A DNA stretch of 64,000 bases from Malacoraja senta (lineage: Eukaryota): assembly GCA_038087875.1 (NCBI GenBank), contig CM075980.1, forward strand, positions 9,486,001 to 9,550,000, written 5' to 3'. The notes under the pieces are model-generated. The model did no database searches and was not told where the DNA came from. It saw nothing but the letters and a program-made list of their open reading frames with translations. A program made the position numbers and the translations under genes. Within the stretch, counting starts at the first letter, position 1. The number at the start of each line of letters is the position of its first letter. Of this stretch, positions 23,860-37,514 are shown piece by piece.

Positions 23860-24267
23860 AATAGACAATAAACAATAGACAATAGACAATAGACAATAGA
23901 CAATAGACAATAGGTGCAGGAGTAGGCCATTCGACCCTTCGAGCCATTCAATGTGATCATGGCTGATCATCCCCAATCAGTACCCCGTTGCTGCCTTCTC
24001 CCCATAACCCCTGACTCCGCTATTTTTAAGAGCCCTATCTAGCTCTCTCTTGAAAGCAGCCAGAGAACCCGCCTCCACCACCCTCTGAGGCAGAGAATTC
24101 CACAGACTCACCACTCTCTGTGAGAAAAAGTGTTTCCTCGTCTCCGTTCTGAATGGCTTTCTCCTTATTCTTAAACTGTGGCCCCTGGTTCTGGACTCCC
24201 CCAACATCGGCAACATGTTTCCTGCCTCTAGCGTGTCCAAACCCTTAACAATCTTATATGTTTCAAT
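23860..24267 (-). mobile_element. CR1-type LINE 3' end (orthologue of 4874-5276)
   Basis: Same sequence, tail and flanks. Confidence 0.85.
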
Positions 24268-25489
24268 AGCATGTGGATTTGACCGTGGAGATTAAGAAAT
24301 CGTCTGTGGTCCCAGGATTCCTGAGTGGGGTCCTTGTATGCCACCCGCATTCAACATTCACGGATCGTCGTCTTAATGGACTTGGAAGGGCATTTTGAAC
24401 GGCCAAAACTGTCCCCGAAACGAGCTTGGTAGAAGCTGATCCTTGAATAATATGTTGCGAGCGATGTGATGGTCCATGAAAGCGCATCCTGAAAGCTCTT
24501 GACAAAATGGGGAAAGTCGTCTCCTAGTTTTGCTGTTTGTCAAACTAATGGAGGTCTTTCAATGTCTCTAAACCTTTCTGACATTCAGAAGCCATTAAAG
24601 GTACAGAAATAGATTAAAGTAAATTTCATTCAAAATAAAGCAAATAAACACAATTAAAATATGAATAAAATATGAAACATGAAATATAAAAGATGGAACA
24701 TCAGATAATTAAAATAAATAAAAATGTAGTTAGTCTTCAGTTTTGGCCCCAGAACCTTCTTTCAAATGAATGAGCCCATAGATCCTGCTGGAGATTAAAA
24801 AGCAATCTAAAAGAATCTCAGTCAGCCCTCCCTCCACCGATGGGAATACCCTGGTGTGGACTGCGTTGGCGCTGCAGGTAGACCATCTGGCTCGGATTTC
24901 CAGCGAGGTGGGTTGAACCCTGAGCTCCGATGCAGTCTTTGCGCTATCTTCTCCGTCTACCAGTGACGCCACCACCCATCCCCCCCCTCCTCCCACCCCC
25001 CCCCCCCCTGACACCCAGTGAGCTCCAATTTCTCATCAAATCCCAGGATCGTGCAGTGTGTTGGGTTAATTGGCCACTGTAAATTTCAATTAATGTAGGA
25101 GCATTAATTGGCATTGTGAGCGAATAGGTTACGAGGAAATAAGCAGGAGAACGGGATAGATTGGATTGTTCTCGGACCTGCGAACACTCCCATCCATGTC
25201 GTTGTCAAATCTGGAATCACAGCATGAAAATATCAAGCAGTCATCCGGATGTCCATATATGGGACCTCCCGTTAATGTGGAAGTATTTACATTTATTTAA
25301 ATAATTTTGAGAGCTTTTGTTATTTAAGTGGAACATTTGCTTTCGCTGAGGAATTAGAGACTGTTGGCCAATCTGCAGATTTAGATTTCATGTAAATTAA
25401 ACACGGATAGCTGAAGTACAAATGAAAAAGGAGGTAAAACATCACTAGAATGTGCTTCTTTATCACAGGTTGGTGATAACACTCATAAC

Positions 25490-26304
25490 CATAACATTTC
25501 ATACCAAAAGGAGTTGAGTATAGGAGCAAAGAGGTCTTTCTGCAGTTGAATGCGGATAAATGTGGGGTTGGGAAAAGGGAAAATACAACGGGATCTGTGG
25601 GTCCTTGTACATCAGTGTATTAAAGTAAGCACGCAGGTACAGCAGGCAGTGAAGAAAGCGAATGGCATGTTGGCCTTTATAACAAGAGGAATCAAATATA
25701 GGAGAAAAGAGGTCCTTCTGCAGTTGTACAGAGCCCTAGTGAGGCCACACCTGGAGTACTGTGTGGAGTTTTGGTCCCCTAATTTGAGGAAGGACATTCT
25801 TGCTATTGATGGAGTGCAGCGTAGTTAACAAGGTTAATTCCCGGGATGGCGGGACTGTCATATGCTGAGAGAATGGAGCAGCTGGGCTTGTACACTCTGG
25901 AGTTTGGAAGGATGAAAGGGTATCTCATTGAAACATAAAAGATTGTAACGGTTTAGACACGCTAGAGGCAGGAAACATGTTCCCGATGTTGGGGAGTCCA
26001 GAACCACGGGCCACAGTTTAAGAATAAGGAATAAGCCATTTAGAACGGAGACGAGGAAACACTTTTTCTCACAGAGAGTGGTGAGTCCGTGGAATTCTCT
26101 GCCTCAGAGGGCGGTGGAGGCAGGTTCTCTGGATGCTTTCAAGAGAGAGCTCGATAGGGCTCTTAAAATAGCGGAGTCAGGGGATATGGGGTGAAGGCAG
26201 GAACGGGGTACTGATTGGGGACGGTCAGCCATGATCACATTGAATGGCGGTGCTGGCTCGAAGGGCCGATTGGCCGACTCCTGCACCTATTGTCTATTGT
26301 CTAT
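25490..26304 (+). mobile_element. CR1-type LINE 3' fragment
   Basis: ORF 25550-25828 [19 protein letters not shown]; tail at 26285-26304. Confidence 0.8.
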
Positions 26305-26569
26305 TCGGCCCATCAAGTATACTCGACCATTCAATCGTGGCTGATCTATCTCTCTCCCCTAACCCCATTCTACTGCCTTCTCCCATAACCTCTGACACCT
26401 ATGAATTTGTGTATATATTTGGTATCAAAACATATACCAATGCATGGTTATCAAAGAAATGAACATGCGCCAACGTGGATCACATTCCCTTCGGGGTGTC
26501 CAAAGCTGTAATCAGCTAATTCTAAATATTGGGAGTGTAGCCACAAGTGAGGAAACACAGTCGTCAACT

Positions 26570-29500
26570 ACTACGCTGCACTTCCCCCAAAAGCAAGAAT
26601 GTCCTTCCTCAAATTTGGAGAACAAAGCTGCACACAATACTCCAGGTGTGGTCTCACCAGGGCCCTGTACAACTGCCGAAGAACCTCTTTGTTCTATACT
26701 AAATTCCTCTTGTTATGAAGGCCAACATGCCATTCGCTTTCCTGACTGCCTGCTGTACCTGCATGCTTACTTTCAGTGAGTGATGAACAAGGACCCCCAG
26801 ATCCCATTGTACATCCTCTTTTCCCAACTTGACACAATTTAGATAATAATCTGCTTTCCTGTTTTGCCACCAAAGTGGATAACCTCACATTTATCCACAT
26901 TAAACTGCATCTGCCATGCATCTGCCCACTCACCCAACCTGTCCAAGTCACCCTGCATCCTCATAGCATCCTCCTCACAGTTCACACGGCCACATAGCTT
27001 TGTGTCATTTGCAAATTTGCTAATGTTACTTTCAATCCCTTCATCTAAATCATTAATATATATTGCAAATAGCGGCAGTCCCAGCACCGAGCTTTGCGGT
27101 ACCCCACTAGTCACTGCCTCCCATTCTGAAAGGGACCCGTTAATCCCTACTCTTTGTTTCCTGCTTGCCAGCTCTAATTTTGCCCACTAATCTCCTTTGT
27201 GGGACCTTATCAAATGCTTTCTGAAAGTCCAGGTACACTACATCCACTGGATCTCCCTTGTCCATTTTCCCAGTTACATCCTCAAAAAATTCCAGAAGAT
27301 TAGTCAGGCATGATTTCCCCTTCGTAAATCCATGCTGACTCGGACCGATCCTGCTACTGCTGTCAAATGTGCCGTTATTTCATCTTTTATAATTGACTCC
27401 AGCATCTTCCCTACCACCGATGTCAGGCTAACTGGTCTATAATTCCCTGTTTTTTCTCTCCCGCCTTTCTTAAAAAGTGGGATAACATTAGCTACCCTCC
27501 AATCCACAGGAAGCGATCCTGATTCTGTAGAACATTGGAAAATGATCAACAATTCATCCACGATTTCTAGAGCCACTTCCCTAAGTACCCTGGGATGCAG
27601 ACCATCAGGCCCAGGGGATTTATCAGCCTTCAGTCCCATCGACACCATTTCCTGCCTAGTGTGAATTTCCTTCAGTTCTCCGTCAGCCTAGATCCTCTGG
27701 CCACTAGTACACTAGGGAAATTGTGTGTGTCCTCCTTAGTTGCTTGTGAATATTCCACTACGTGGATTAATAAGGGTTAATCTACATTAGTGAAGACGGA
27801 TCCAAAGTACCTGTTCAACTCGTCCGCCATTTCCATGTTCCCCACAATAAATTCGCCCTTTTCAGTCTTCAAGGGTCCAACTTTGGTCTTACATATTTTT
27901 TTTCCTATTCACATATCTGAAGATGCTTTTACCCCCAATACAGAACTGATTATCTTCGGATCAATGGAAGATGGAAGTAAGCTAAATATGTTTCAAAAAT
28001 CTCTCTTTAATTATGGCTTAATAACGGCAAAAAAACATACTTAAATTTTGGAAAAACGCAGCTACACCAACGCTTAAAATGTGGATCTCAAATATGTCGG
28101 AAATGTTACATCTTGAAGGAATGAGATTCCTCCTATCAGGCAAATCAATTCTTAATGATTTGGTCTCCCTTTATCGACTTCTTACAAGCATATGGTGCAA
28201 CACAACCGTACAAATTAAATGTTGCAGAACCGGGTGAGGGGTGCGTAAAGATATTAAATAGGTATATCTTATATTTTTCTTTTTATTTCCTTTTATTTCC
28301 TTATTTTTTTCTATTTTCTTCTCTCCATTCTTTTTTTCTCTTCACCCTTTTCTACCTTTTTGTTTACCTGTTTCTTTCTTCGGGCTTTCTTTACTATTTC
28401 ACGCACTGACACTATCACCACTTCTTACGATACTCTCCTTCTATCTTTCCTTTCATCATTTTCTGTTTTATTGTTAAATTAAAAATAAGAAGTTGTACAT
28501 GAACTGTAATATCTCAGTGTGTATTAAGTACTTATGTACTACATTATTGTACTTACTTCTAATTTAAAAAAAAAAAATAATAATAAAGAAGCTTTTACCC
28601 TTTATATTCCTGGCTAGCTTACCTTCGTACCTCATATTTTCTCCACGTAATGCCTTTTTAGATATTTGCTCTTTAAAAGTTACCCAATCCTCTGGCTTCC
28701 CGCTCATCTTTGCTATGTTGTACTTTTATTTTATTTTATTTTTTACGGTCCCCGACTTCCCTTGTCAGCCACGGTCGACCCTTACTCCCCTTGGAATCTT
28801 TCTTCCTCTTTGGAATGAACCTGATCCGGCACCTTCTGTATTATTCCCAGAAATACCTGCCATTGTTGTTCCACTGTCATCCCATGCTAGGGTATCTTTC
28901 CAGTCAACTTGGCCAGCTCCTCCCTCATGGCTCCATAGTCCCCTTTGTTCAACTGTAATATTGACACCTCCGATTTACCCTACTCCCTCTCACATTTTAG
29001 ATTAAAATGTATCATATTATGGTCACTACCTCCTAATGGCTTATTTACCTCGTGTTCCCTTATCAAATCCGGTTCATTACACAACACTAAATCCAAAATT
29101 GCCTACTCCCTGGTAGGCTCCAATACGAGCTGCTCTAAGAATCCATCACGGAGGCACTCCACAAACTCCCTTTCTTGGAGTTCTGTACCAACCTGATTTT
29201 GCCAGTCCACCTGCATGTTGAAATCTCCCATAACAACCTTTACGACATGCCAATTTTAACTCTTGATTCAACTTGCACCCTATATCCAGGCTACTGTTTG
29301 GGGGCGTGTAGATAACACCCATTCAGGTATTTTTACCCTTACTATTTCTCAGTTCCATCCATACTGACTACATCTCCTGATTCTATGTCACCCCTCGCAA
29401 GGGACTGAATTGAATTCCTCACCAACAGAGCTACCCACTCCCTCTGCCCACCTGTCTGTTTTTTCGATAGGATGTATACCATTGAATATTCAGTTCCCAG

Positions 29501-29790
29501 CCCTGGTCCCTCTTGCAGCCATGTCTCTGTAATTCCCACAACATCATACTCGCCAATTTCTGGCTCAAGCTCATCCACTTTATTTCATATACTTCGCGCA
29601 ATAAAACACTTTGACTTCGTTATTCACCTCCCCTCTCACTCCGGTCACGATTGACCCTGACCTTACTTACTCTCTTACCCTTCTCGAACATTCCTTCCAA
29701 TTAATTCGGGAGTCTTTTGTAATTTTCCTGTACTCACTTCCGCTTTAACTCTATCTTTATTCTCCCAATTTGTCAATCCCTCCCCCCCCC
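26570..29790 (-). mobile_element. Degenerate CR1-type LINE ORF2 (beta copy), interrupted by L1
   Basis: Same motifs in ORFs 26839-27114, 27304-27648 and 29342-29578. Confidence 0.85.
27935..28583 (+). mobile_element. Orthologous L1 3' insertion in beta
   Basis: TSD at 27918-27934 and 28584-28600; empty site in gamma at 46553-46567. Confidence 0.8.
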
Positions 29791-30013
29791 CTCCCCCTCA
29801 CTTCCATTGACTAGTTAGAACGCAACAAAAGCTTTTCACTGTACCTCGGTACACATGACAATAAACTAAACTCGAACTCCAAGTAGAGGTTACTATTGAA
29901 TCAGCATGAGGCTTTTGAATGACGGAGAAATTTTCAGGTGCTAAGCATCCAAAATTTGTTACAAATTGTATTTTCTGAAGCATATCAGCGATTCATGGGG
30001 TTTGTGATCATCT

Positions 30014-30460
30014 TTTTATTTTTTATTTTTTTTAATTTTATTTATTAGAAGTACATTACATTACAACAAATTACATTAGTACTCATCACGTGTATCTTAT
30101 TACAATTAATGTACTCCATCATTTTTAAAACTAATAAAGAGAGAAGGTTGAAATTAAGAAAAAAGAGAAAGTGAGGGAAAATAGTGAAAGTGTAAAAACG
30201 CGTCAACAGGAAAGAACAGAGACCCTGTAGAAAAGAGATTGAAAATAAAAGATTAAGAGATAGACCCTAAAGAAGTTTAAAAAAAAAGAAAGAAGAGAAA
30301 AGAGAAGCACAAGTACTTTATTATGAGCATCTCGCAAATGGGATATACCAACTCACCACCTTTCATCCCCCTTTACCTGACATCGGTACTTTTTAAAGTA
30401 CTTTTGCACCTTATGCTTGTAATAGTTCTATAAATGCAGACCATGTCAGATGGAAGTGAT
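30014..30460 (-). mobile_element. Second truncated L1-type insertion, found only in beta, with 16-bp TSD
   Basis: Minus strand reads HFHLTWSAFIELLQA*, then a 3'UTR and A-rich tail. TSD GGGTTTGTGATCATCT at 29998-30013 and 30461-30476. Empty sites near 11061 and 47966. Confidence 0.8.
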
Positions 30461-31222
30461 GGGTTTGTGATCATCTGATAGCTTCATGGCTACCGTCGTC
30501 CCAAACAAAGATGATCTTTTTCCCAAGTAGCTTTTGGAAGTCATTACTAATTCAAACCCGCAAACAATGGAACATAATGTCGGAAGTAACACACATTTTC
30601 TTATGCTATTATATATCACACCAAGTCGAGTGCAAATAGGCGCGCGAAAACACGGCAGCTTATATTGCACTGAGACGTTAAATTTAAAAATAGTAACGGA
30701 ATGCATTATCTCATTACAACAATTTCAAAGCATAATTTTTTTAAATATGGACGCCAAATTCACATTAAAAAGCCGTAGTAATCAGGATGGTGTTTCGGCA
30801 ATAGTAATCGAGCATCTCGATATGGAATATCCACAATCTTAACGACCTGGGAAAATATGTATTGATTTTGGATTTCAACATCTCAGCAGATTTTATTGGA
30901 TAATACATGAACAAGATAGAAACAACAGGATGCCCCATTTACGCTGGTCCCAAGTGCCCCTATGTGGTCCATATCCCTATAAATATTTTCTGCACATGTA
31001 TCAGTCCGTGTCCTTGAAATGGTGTTATAGTACCTGCCCCCAACTACCTCCTCTGACAGCTCATTTCATACATCTACCGCCCACTGTGTGATAATGTCCA
31101 CTTCCCCTCTCCCCCCCCCCAGGTTTCTTTTAAATCTTTTCCCTGTCACCTTAAACCAATGTCCTCTGATTCTTGATTTGCCTCTCTGGCTACAATACTC
31201 TGTGCATGAATCCTATCTTTCC

Positions 31223-33100
31223 CAGGGCCGGATTTATGTATAGACTTCACAAGCTTAAGTTTAGGGCTTCGAGATCTAGGGGGGGGCCTCGGCAGGGCCG
31301 GATTTACCTATGGGCTTCGTAGGCTGAAGCCTAGGGCCTCAAAATCTAGGGGTCTCCGGCCAAGGTGTTTTTTTCCCAGAGTAAAAAAAATCATGAGGAA
31401 AAAAAATTGGAGCGTTATCAGCGTTTCCACTTTGACGGAAATTACGCGAAATTCTGGTTCCTGCCCGCTGCAAGTTTTGGGGGGAAAAATTGCGACCATC
31501 CACGCCTGCGCAGTTAGGGGACGTCGGTGACGCAGTTGCGGCGCAAAATGGCGCTGTCTCTCCGCGCGTGCGCAGTGGGCCCGGGCGGGGCTGCGGTGTC
31601 TACGGCGCGTAGTCGGAGCCTCGCTGCTTCGGACGGGGAGAGGGGAGGGAGAGAGAGGGGGGAGGTGAGAGGGGGAAAGTGGGGGTTGAGACAGATGGGG
31701 GAGAGAGAGGGAGGGGAGGGAGAGAGAGAGAGGCGAGGGGGAGGGCGAGGGGAGAGAGAGGGGGGGGATGTGAGAGGGGAAAGGTGGGGTTGACAAAGGG
31801 GGATAGAGAGAGGGAGGGGAGAGAGCGAGAGGCATATGGGGGCGAGGGGGAGAGAGAGAGAGGGGGGATATGAGAGGGGGAAAGGGGGGTTGAGACAGAG
31901 GTGGGAGAGAGAGGGAGGGAGGGGCGAGAGAGGGGGAGGGAGAGAGAGAGGGGAGGGGAGAGAGATGGGGGATCTGAGAGGGGGAGGGGGGTTGATACAG
32001 AGGGGGAGAGAGAGGGGGAGGGGGATAGAGAGAGAGAGGGAGGGAGAGAGAGATGGGCAGGGAGAGAGAGGTGGAGGCAGGGGAAGGGGAAGGAGGAGGG
32101 GAGAGGGAAAGGGGGATTATCTTTAGTGAGATTGCAAAATTAAGGTAGGTTTTAGAGCAATTATATTTTCTCCTCAATATGAATAATATCAAACAATTGG
32201 AACTGGTTTCTTTTCCTTGATAACAATACTGAAAAATATGAATTCCATTGTTTGCGACTTTCATTTTGCATCATATTTTTAATGTGCACACACTAACACA
32301 GTCGAACAGTAACAGGCAATCAAATCAACATACGAAACATTTTCTAAAAAAATGTTTTATTTACTGCAAAAACTTACAGTATTTTTGTATGCAGTGTTTG
32401 CATGCTCCTTTATACATTTTACATAACATTTTACAGTACAACTTAATTATTAAAACAAGGACAGCTTCAATTCTTGATTAAAAAAACTGTATACAACAAT
32501 GACCCCAATCATCCCCATTCCAACCACTCATTACTCTTGACTCAACCAAAATTATTTCTGAAATATTGGTCATAAATTTGGTGCAAAAATGCTCAAAAAA
32601 TAAGGCTCAGAATGCACCAGAGAGCATCTAAAACCCCAGAGCTTCCAGGGCCCTGGACCCCGACCGCAAGGGCCTTCGAGCTTCGCGCTTGCGATCTGCG
32701 CTGCGTGCACTTATTTCACATAAAATCTTTGCAATCCTGCCATGCCACCCCCCCTTTTTGAAAAGCTTCGTACGGGTCTGGTGTATAATATTTTTGACAC
32801 TGTCATTGGCCTTTCTTACATATGCTGTCACAACGCACTGTAGTCTCCAAACAACACTTCAGTAATTTTTTTTGCCCTCCATTTCAGAATAGTAGTGTTT
32901 TATGCCGATAACTCGACACTAGCACTGGCAATAAATAAAAAGCACAGATTTCCAGCCCTTATCTCAATGGCCACGCTCGGCTGAACATCGGTATCAAACT
33001 GGTGGACTCTTCCATCTTCCTCTCGTCGTGGAGGTGGGGGATTGTGAGGGGCCTCACAAGTGGAATAGCCTAGGGCCTCTCTTCATCGAAATCCGCCCTG
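31223..33100. mobile_element. Non-autonomous hAT-like DNA transposon (gamma copy)
   Basis: Same TIRs (right one has a 1-nt deletion); TSD atctttcc / atctatcc (7 of 8 match). Confidence 0.8.
31635..32116 (+). repeat. Expanded purine-rich tract inside the hAT element
   Basis: Same flanks as 12289-12575 but about 200 nt longer. Confidence 0.9.
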
Positions 33101-36100
33101 ATCTATCCCCACATAAATGTATACAAAGGGTGGTATGCGTGGCAGATGCGGAATAGACATCACTCGGATCAAGCTCCGTAATTCGGATTCTATGTGGGAG
33201 CTTGGAGGTTTCAGCCGAATAACTGTCCAACTGTCCATGATAACTTTCCTCTCTTGTCTGGCGGTTTCGCGCAAATGTTCTGAAATGTAGCAGATGTAAT
33301 ATGCCTTTGTGCCATTAGATGGAAATGTTATACTATTTACACATTTTGTTGGATCGTGAGCGACCAGAGGGAAATTTGCATTAGTACTTGAAACCCTGCT
33401 TCATGATAAAGAAGTCATTGCATTGCGCTGCCAAAAAAATTGTTTCTTTCAAATAATTGTCCTGGATTTTCCTGAATGCGGTTTGACACTGATATTTAAT
33501 GCTTGTCATCCCCATCGATAGAGCGCACCTTCTGAAAAGAGGACGAGTGCGGTTCCTGTTGGCAAAGAAAGTCTGCTGATGTAGTACATCTGAAATAATA
33601 ATGGCAGATAACGACTAAGGCCGAATCTATGGAGAAAGCAACAGGGTTAGTGGTTTACGCTGATGATCTTTCGCCAAAACTTAAAAAAGTAAAGAAAACA
33701 TACATATTTTGAATTGCAGGAAAGTGGGGGTGGGGTATCAGTAAATATGTGGAACGGAGAGGGGACCAGGAGAAATAGTTGAGGCTGATATGTGTCGATG
33801 AAAATAAAGTGAAGAAGCCTTGCGAGTGGCGGCAGACCTGCTGGAGGAGGTTTAAATAGTCATAGAAAGTTACAACGCAGAAGCACCACCGAATCTGCGT
33901 TATTCCTCATCCAGCTATTTAGACTAATGTACATGAATCCGTTTTCTGTTCGCTCCACATTCTCAATTGAATGAGTACATAGGAGGAGAATGAACTTCAA
34001 CATTTTGTAAAATCATGATTCTATAGAGTCGGGAATCTATCTACTTCCGCCTTCCAAAATATATGAAATAGGTTGAGAGGGAAACCAGCGCCTCATCCCT
34101 GACAGGAATGGATGCGCCCCCCCCCCCCCTTCCATCCCCCACCTCCACCGTCCGTTAATATTAAGCAGTAAATTGACCTCTAGATACAGTATTTCTAAAT
34201 TTAAAGGAGATGTGCGGAGCAATGTTTACACGCAGAGGGTGGTAAGTCGTGGGTGGTGAAGTCGTGAAGTAGATACATTAGTGGCATTTAAAATGACTTT
34301 TGGGTAGGCATATTGACATGCAGGGAATGGAGGGATATCGATTATATGCAGGCAGATAAAGGTTGGCCATGGCATCTAGTTGGTGGGCTGAGGGGCCTCT
34401 TCCTGTGCCATAGTGTTCTTAATAATCAAGACTCCTCAAAATTTTACGTTTCATTCAAATCCCCTCGTGATCTTCTAAATTCCAGCAGGTGCAAACCTAG
34501 CCCGTCCAGTCTTCCGCAGCAATCCTGCCTGTTTCAGATTATCGTGTAAAAAATGTTCCCTAGACTGCACGCAAGGCATTAATAACATTACTTTAAAAAG
34601 GAGACTACTGCTAAGTGGTATACTTGCGGTGTATGATTGCGGCAATTCTCAACTTCTGAAAGCACATCCTTATATTTTCATTTCTTAATTACTTGGTACC
34701 TGCATTATATTCCTTCGTATATCAAGGACATCCCTAATAGTTTACACAACATAATTATATCTTGAATAGAGAGGAGACAAGATGGTGCAGTATTGTTTGG
34801 TCATCCCGGTGTGTGCCGGGAGTGCAAAAGAGATTGAACAGCGCACATCGAAACAGGAAAGTGTTACCTTTATAGAGACCGAATAGAGTGCTTTTGGTGG
34901 AATCATGAGGGGAAAATCAAAGTGCTGGAGGAACCCAGTGGGCCAGGCAGCTTCTGGGGAATGAAATTGACAGATTAGGACCTCTGTTCAAATGGATGTT
35001 AATGTTATGGATAGCATCAGAAGTGGAAGAAGAATAAATGGGAGGTAAAAAATGGAGTCAAAGGAGGAAATTGATCGAAAGCCAGCTAAAATAACACCCC
35101 TACTTAATTGAGGCCGTGAAAGAGTGATTTCCCGAAGAAACCAAGCGCCATGGATCTGAAAAGTCACCTCTACTTATGTGGTCATAGGTGCTATCTGACC
35201 TACTAACTGTTTCCAGCCTTTTCTGTTTATTTCCGATATACAGCTTTTTCATTCATCATTACGTGTTTCTTGCACAATTTAACTGGAATAAATGAAGGAA
35301 TCATAATAATTTCCATCTATAAACTTCACTGAAATAGATTGCAAAACCCACCTCCTGATTTGTCATCTATTATAACATTTTACTCTAATGGATCAGTTGG
35401 CGTTCCTCTGCCGCGTTTTCTCAGAGCGGATTACTCTCTGAATGTAAATGCAGCCAAATGTCCAGCAACGGAGCACAAAGCTAACATGGTTGGTGGAACT
35501 TGGTGGTGTAGTTGGTGACTTCCGCATACAATCTAACGTCCGAAAACGTCACGGAACTGATCAGCAGCTATGCCAACCATTTATCCAGTACCAATTCAAG
35601 GACAAGATGCGTTGAACTGAAAAAGTACCAATCCAAGTCACACGTGCCTATCCAGTCCTCAGAATGACCTCACGGGCCAGACTGGTTTAAGAAATAGTTA
35701 GACAGGTACATTGATCGGACAGGTTTGCAGGGATATGGATCAAGCGCAGGCAAGTGGGACTAGTGTAGCTGGGGCATTGTTCGCCGGTGTGGGCAAGTTG
35801 GGCCGAAGAGCTTGTTTCCACACTGTAGCCCTCTATGACTCTATGACTTAGTTTTCCAAACTCTGTAATTTCTCGACAATGATCTCAGCCTACCCAATTG
35901 CGCCAATTTAACTCCAAAGTTTCCAAGTGTCTTTATTTTCTGATTTATTGTTTTACCCATTCAGAAATATGTTTCACTATATTATCGCCCACAATGACAA
36001 ATCCTTCAATGGGCCTTTTATTTTGTCAAATGCGTTTCAAGGATTTATCGTGTTTTCATGTAATTGTGCAAAACGCAATTATCTTTCACATATCTTCATT

Positions 36101-36912
36101 GCAATGATACTCAGCGTCTTCTTTTCTCTTGACCATCAATCTGCCCTGAACATTTCGAGTTGACAATTGAAGTATTAATGCTTTCAGCCCTATGGCGATA
36201 ACTACGGAAATGGCGGGAACGACCTCTGAATTGTCAGCACGTCACACAGTAATATAACCTACAAATATACATACACACATTGAGAACTGTTTTGAAGCTT
36301 AAACTCTCCAAGCACAAAGTTTATGGTGGGTTGCCGCAAAGCTTATGCGGTGCCATCGAAAACCTAAACGATTCATAGCATTTTATCTGTATGGGTAACA
36401 ACTGCAAAGAAAATCATGGTTTATAAAGTTTCCACAAATTAAGGCTAAAATTAATTTCAAAAATCTTCGTAAAATCTTCAGCGTGTTTTTTTTCACACTT
36501 TCCAGCTCGGAATCAAAAATACGAAGTTGAAAATTAAAATAAAATTGCGACATTGGAAATCTGAAATAAAAACAGTAAATGGTGGTGACACTCGGTAGCA
36601 TCTGTGAAGAGCTAGTTTCTTTGGTTCTGGTGAAGCATTATTGACTTAACAAAAGTTAACGTCCTTTTTCCCTTTACATGTATTCTCTGAGGTGTTGAGC
36701 AACCCTGGTATTTCTGTTTCTGCACAAATTATACCTGCCTGCCTACCCACTGCCTACATAGCAGTTCCTACATCTGGGCATGCAGTCTGCTACTCTTCTC
36801 TTGTCCTCTATGATTCTCCGCCCTCTACCCTACGCCCATGCAAGAAAACAGTCCGATGATTTGCCAATATCGCTCTACAATGATGCAGTAATTCGATGTC
36901 CCGTTGATAGAG

Positions 36913-36951
36913 ATTTGCATGAATAATTAAAACTCAGTGACGTTGTGATGT
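36913..36951 (+). promoter_or_regulatory. IgL V promoter: octamer ATTTGCAT (36913-36920) plus TGACGT block
   Basis: Octamer 130 nt upstream of ATG 37043. The upstream E-box is altered here (gtcccgtt). Confidence 0.85.
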
Positions 36952-37042
36952 CGAGGAGTTCTTAAGGGGAGATTTCTAAAGAACCAGAAACGGACCTCTG
37001 TCGGAAAACATTTAGATTCTGACCCTCGCCACCTCCTTCACC

Positions 37043-37091
37043 ATGTCTGAATGTATTCGCGTTCTGGCCGCCTTCGTGTTCTGCTTCCATA
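37043..37091 (+). CDS. IGLV: IgL leader exon L2 (MSECIRVLAAFVFCFH)
   Basis: Paralogue of L1, donor a|gtaagt, intron ends ttcaccag at 37181. Confidence 0.92.
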
Positions 37092-37181
37092 GTAAGTAGA
37101 AAACATAATCATCAGGCAGCTGCTCTTTGCATTCTGCTGATAGATTATTTGTTTACAAATATTAATTTGTTATTTCACCAG

Positions 37182-37514
37182 CTTCAATCGCAGAGATTTT
37201 GGTGACTCAGGACCCTGCGTCCATCTCCACTTCTCCGGGGAAAACGGTCAAGATCACTTGTACCCTCTCAGGAGCCCAGATGAGCAGCTACTACACTAGC
37301 TGGTACTGGCAAAAGCCCGGCAGCGCACCGGTCTGTGTGTGGTATGAGACATCCAGAGCTTCTGGAATTCCAGATCGATTCACCGGTACCGTGGATGATC
37401 CGAACAATAAGATGCACCTGACCATCACCAACCTGCGATCTGAGGATGTCGCCGATTATTACTGTTTTGTTCGAACTATTGGCTTCGGGAAAGGAACCAA
37501 ATTGAATCTAAGCA
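37182..37514 (+). CDS. IGLV: Germline-joined VJ exon 2; splices to C3
   Basis: (T)SIAEILVTQDPASISTSPGKTVKITC..WYWQKPGSAPVCVW..DYYC-FVRTIG-FGKGTKLNLS, then a|gtaagt. No RSS. Confidence 0.95.

Larger units (their letters stand above)
11212..30611 (+). repeat. Segmental duplication unit beta (~19.4 kb), containing VJ1 and C2
   Basis: Colinear with 30612-48129. The boundary is taken from where gamma loses homology (cattttcttatgctatta). Confidence 0.8.

Noticed and set aside
31308-32264. 318-aa ORF, the longest in the track
   Set aside because: Same low-complexity artefact; no transposase or other domain motifs.
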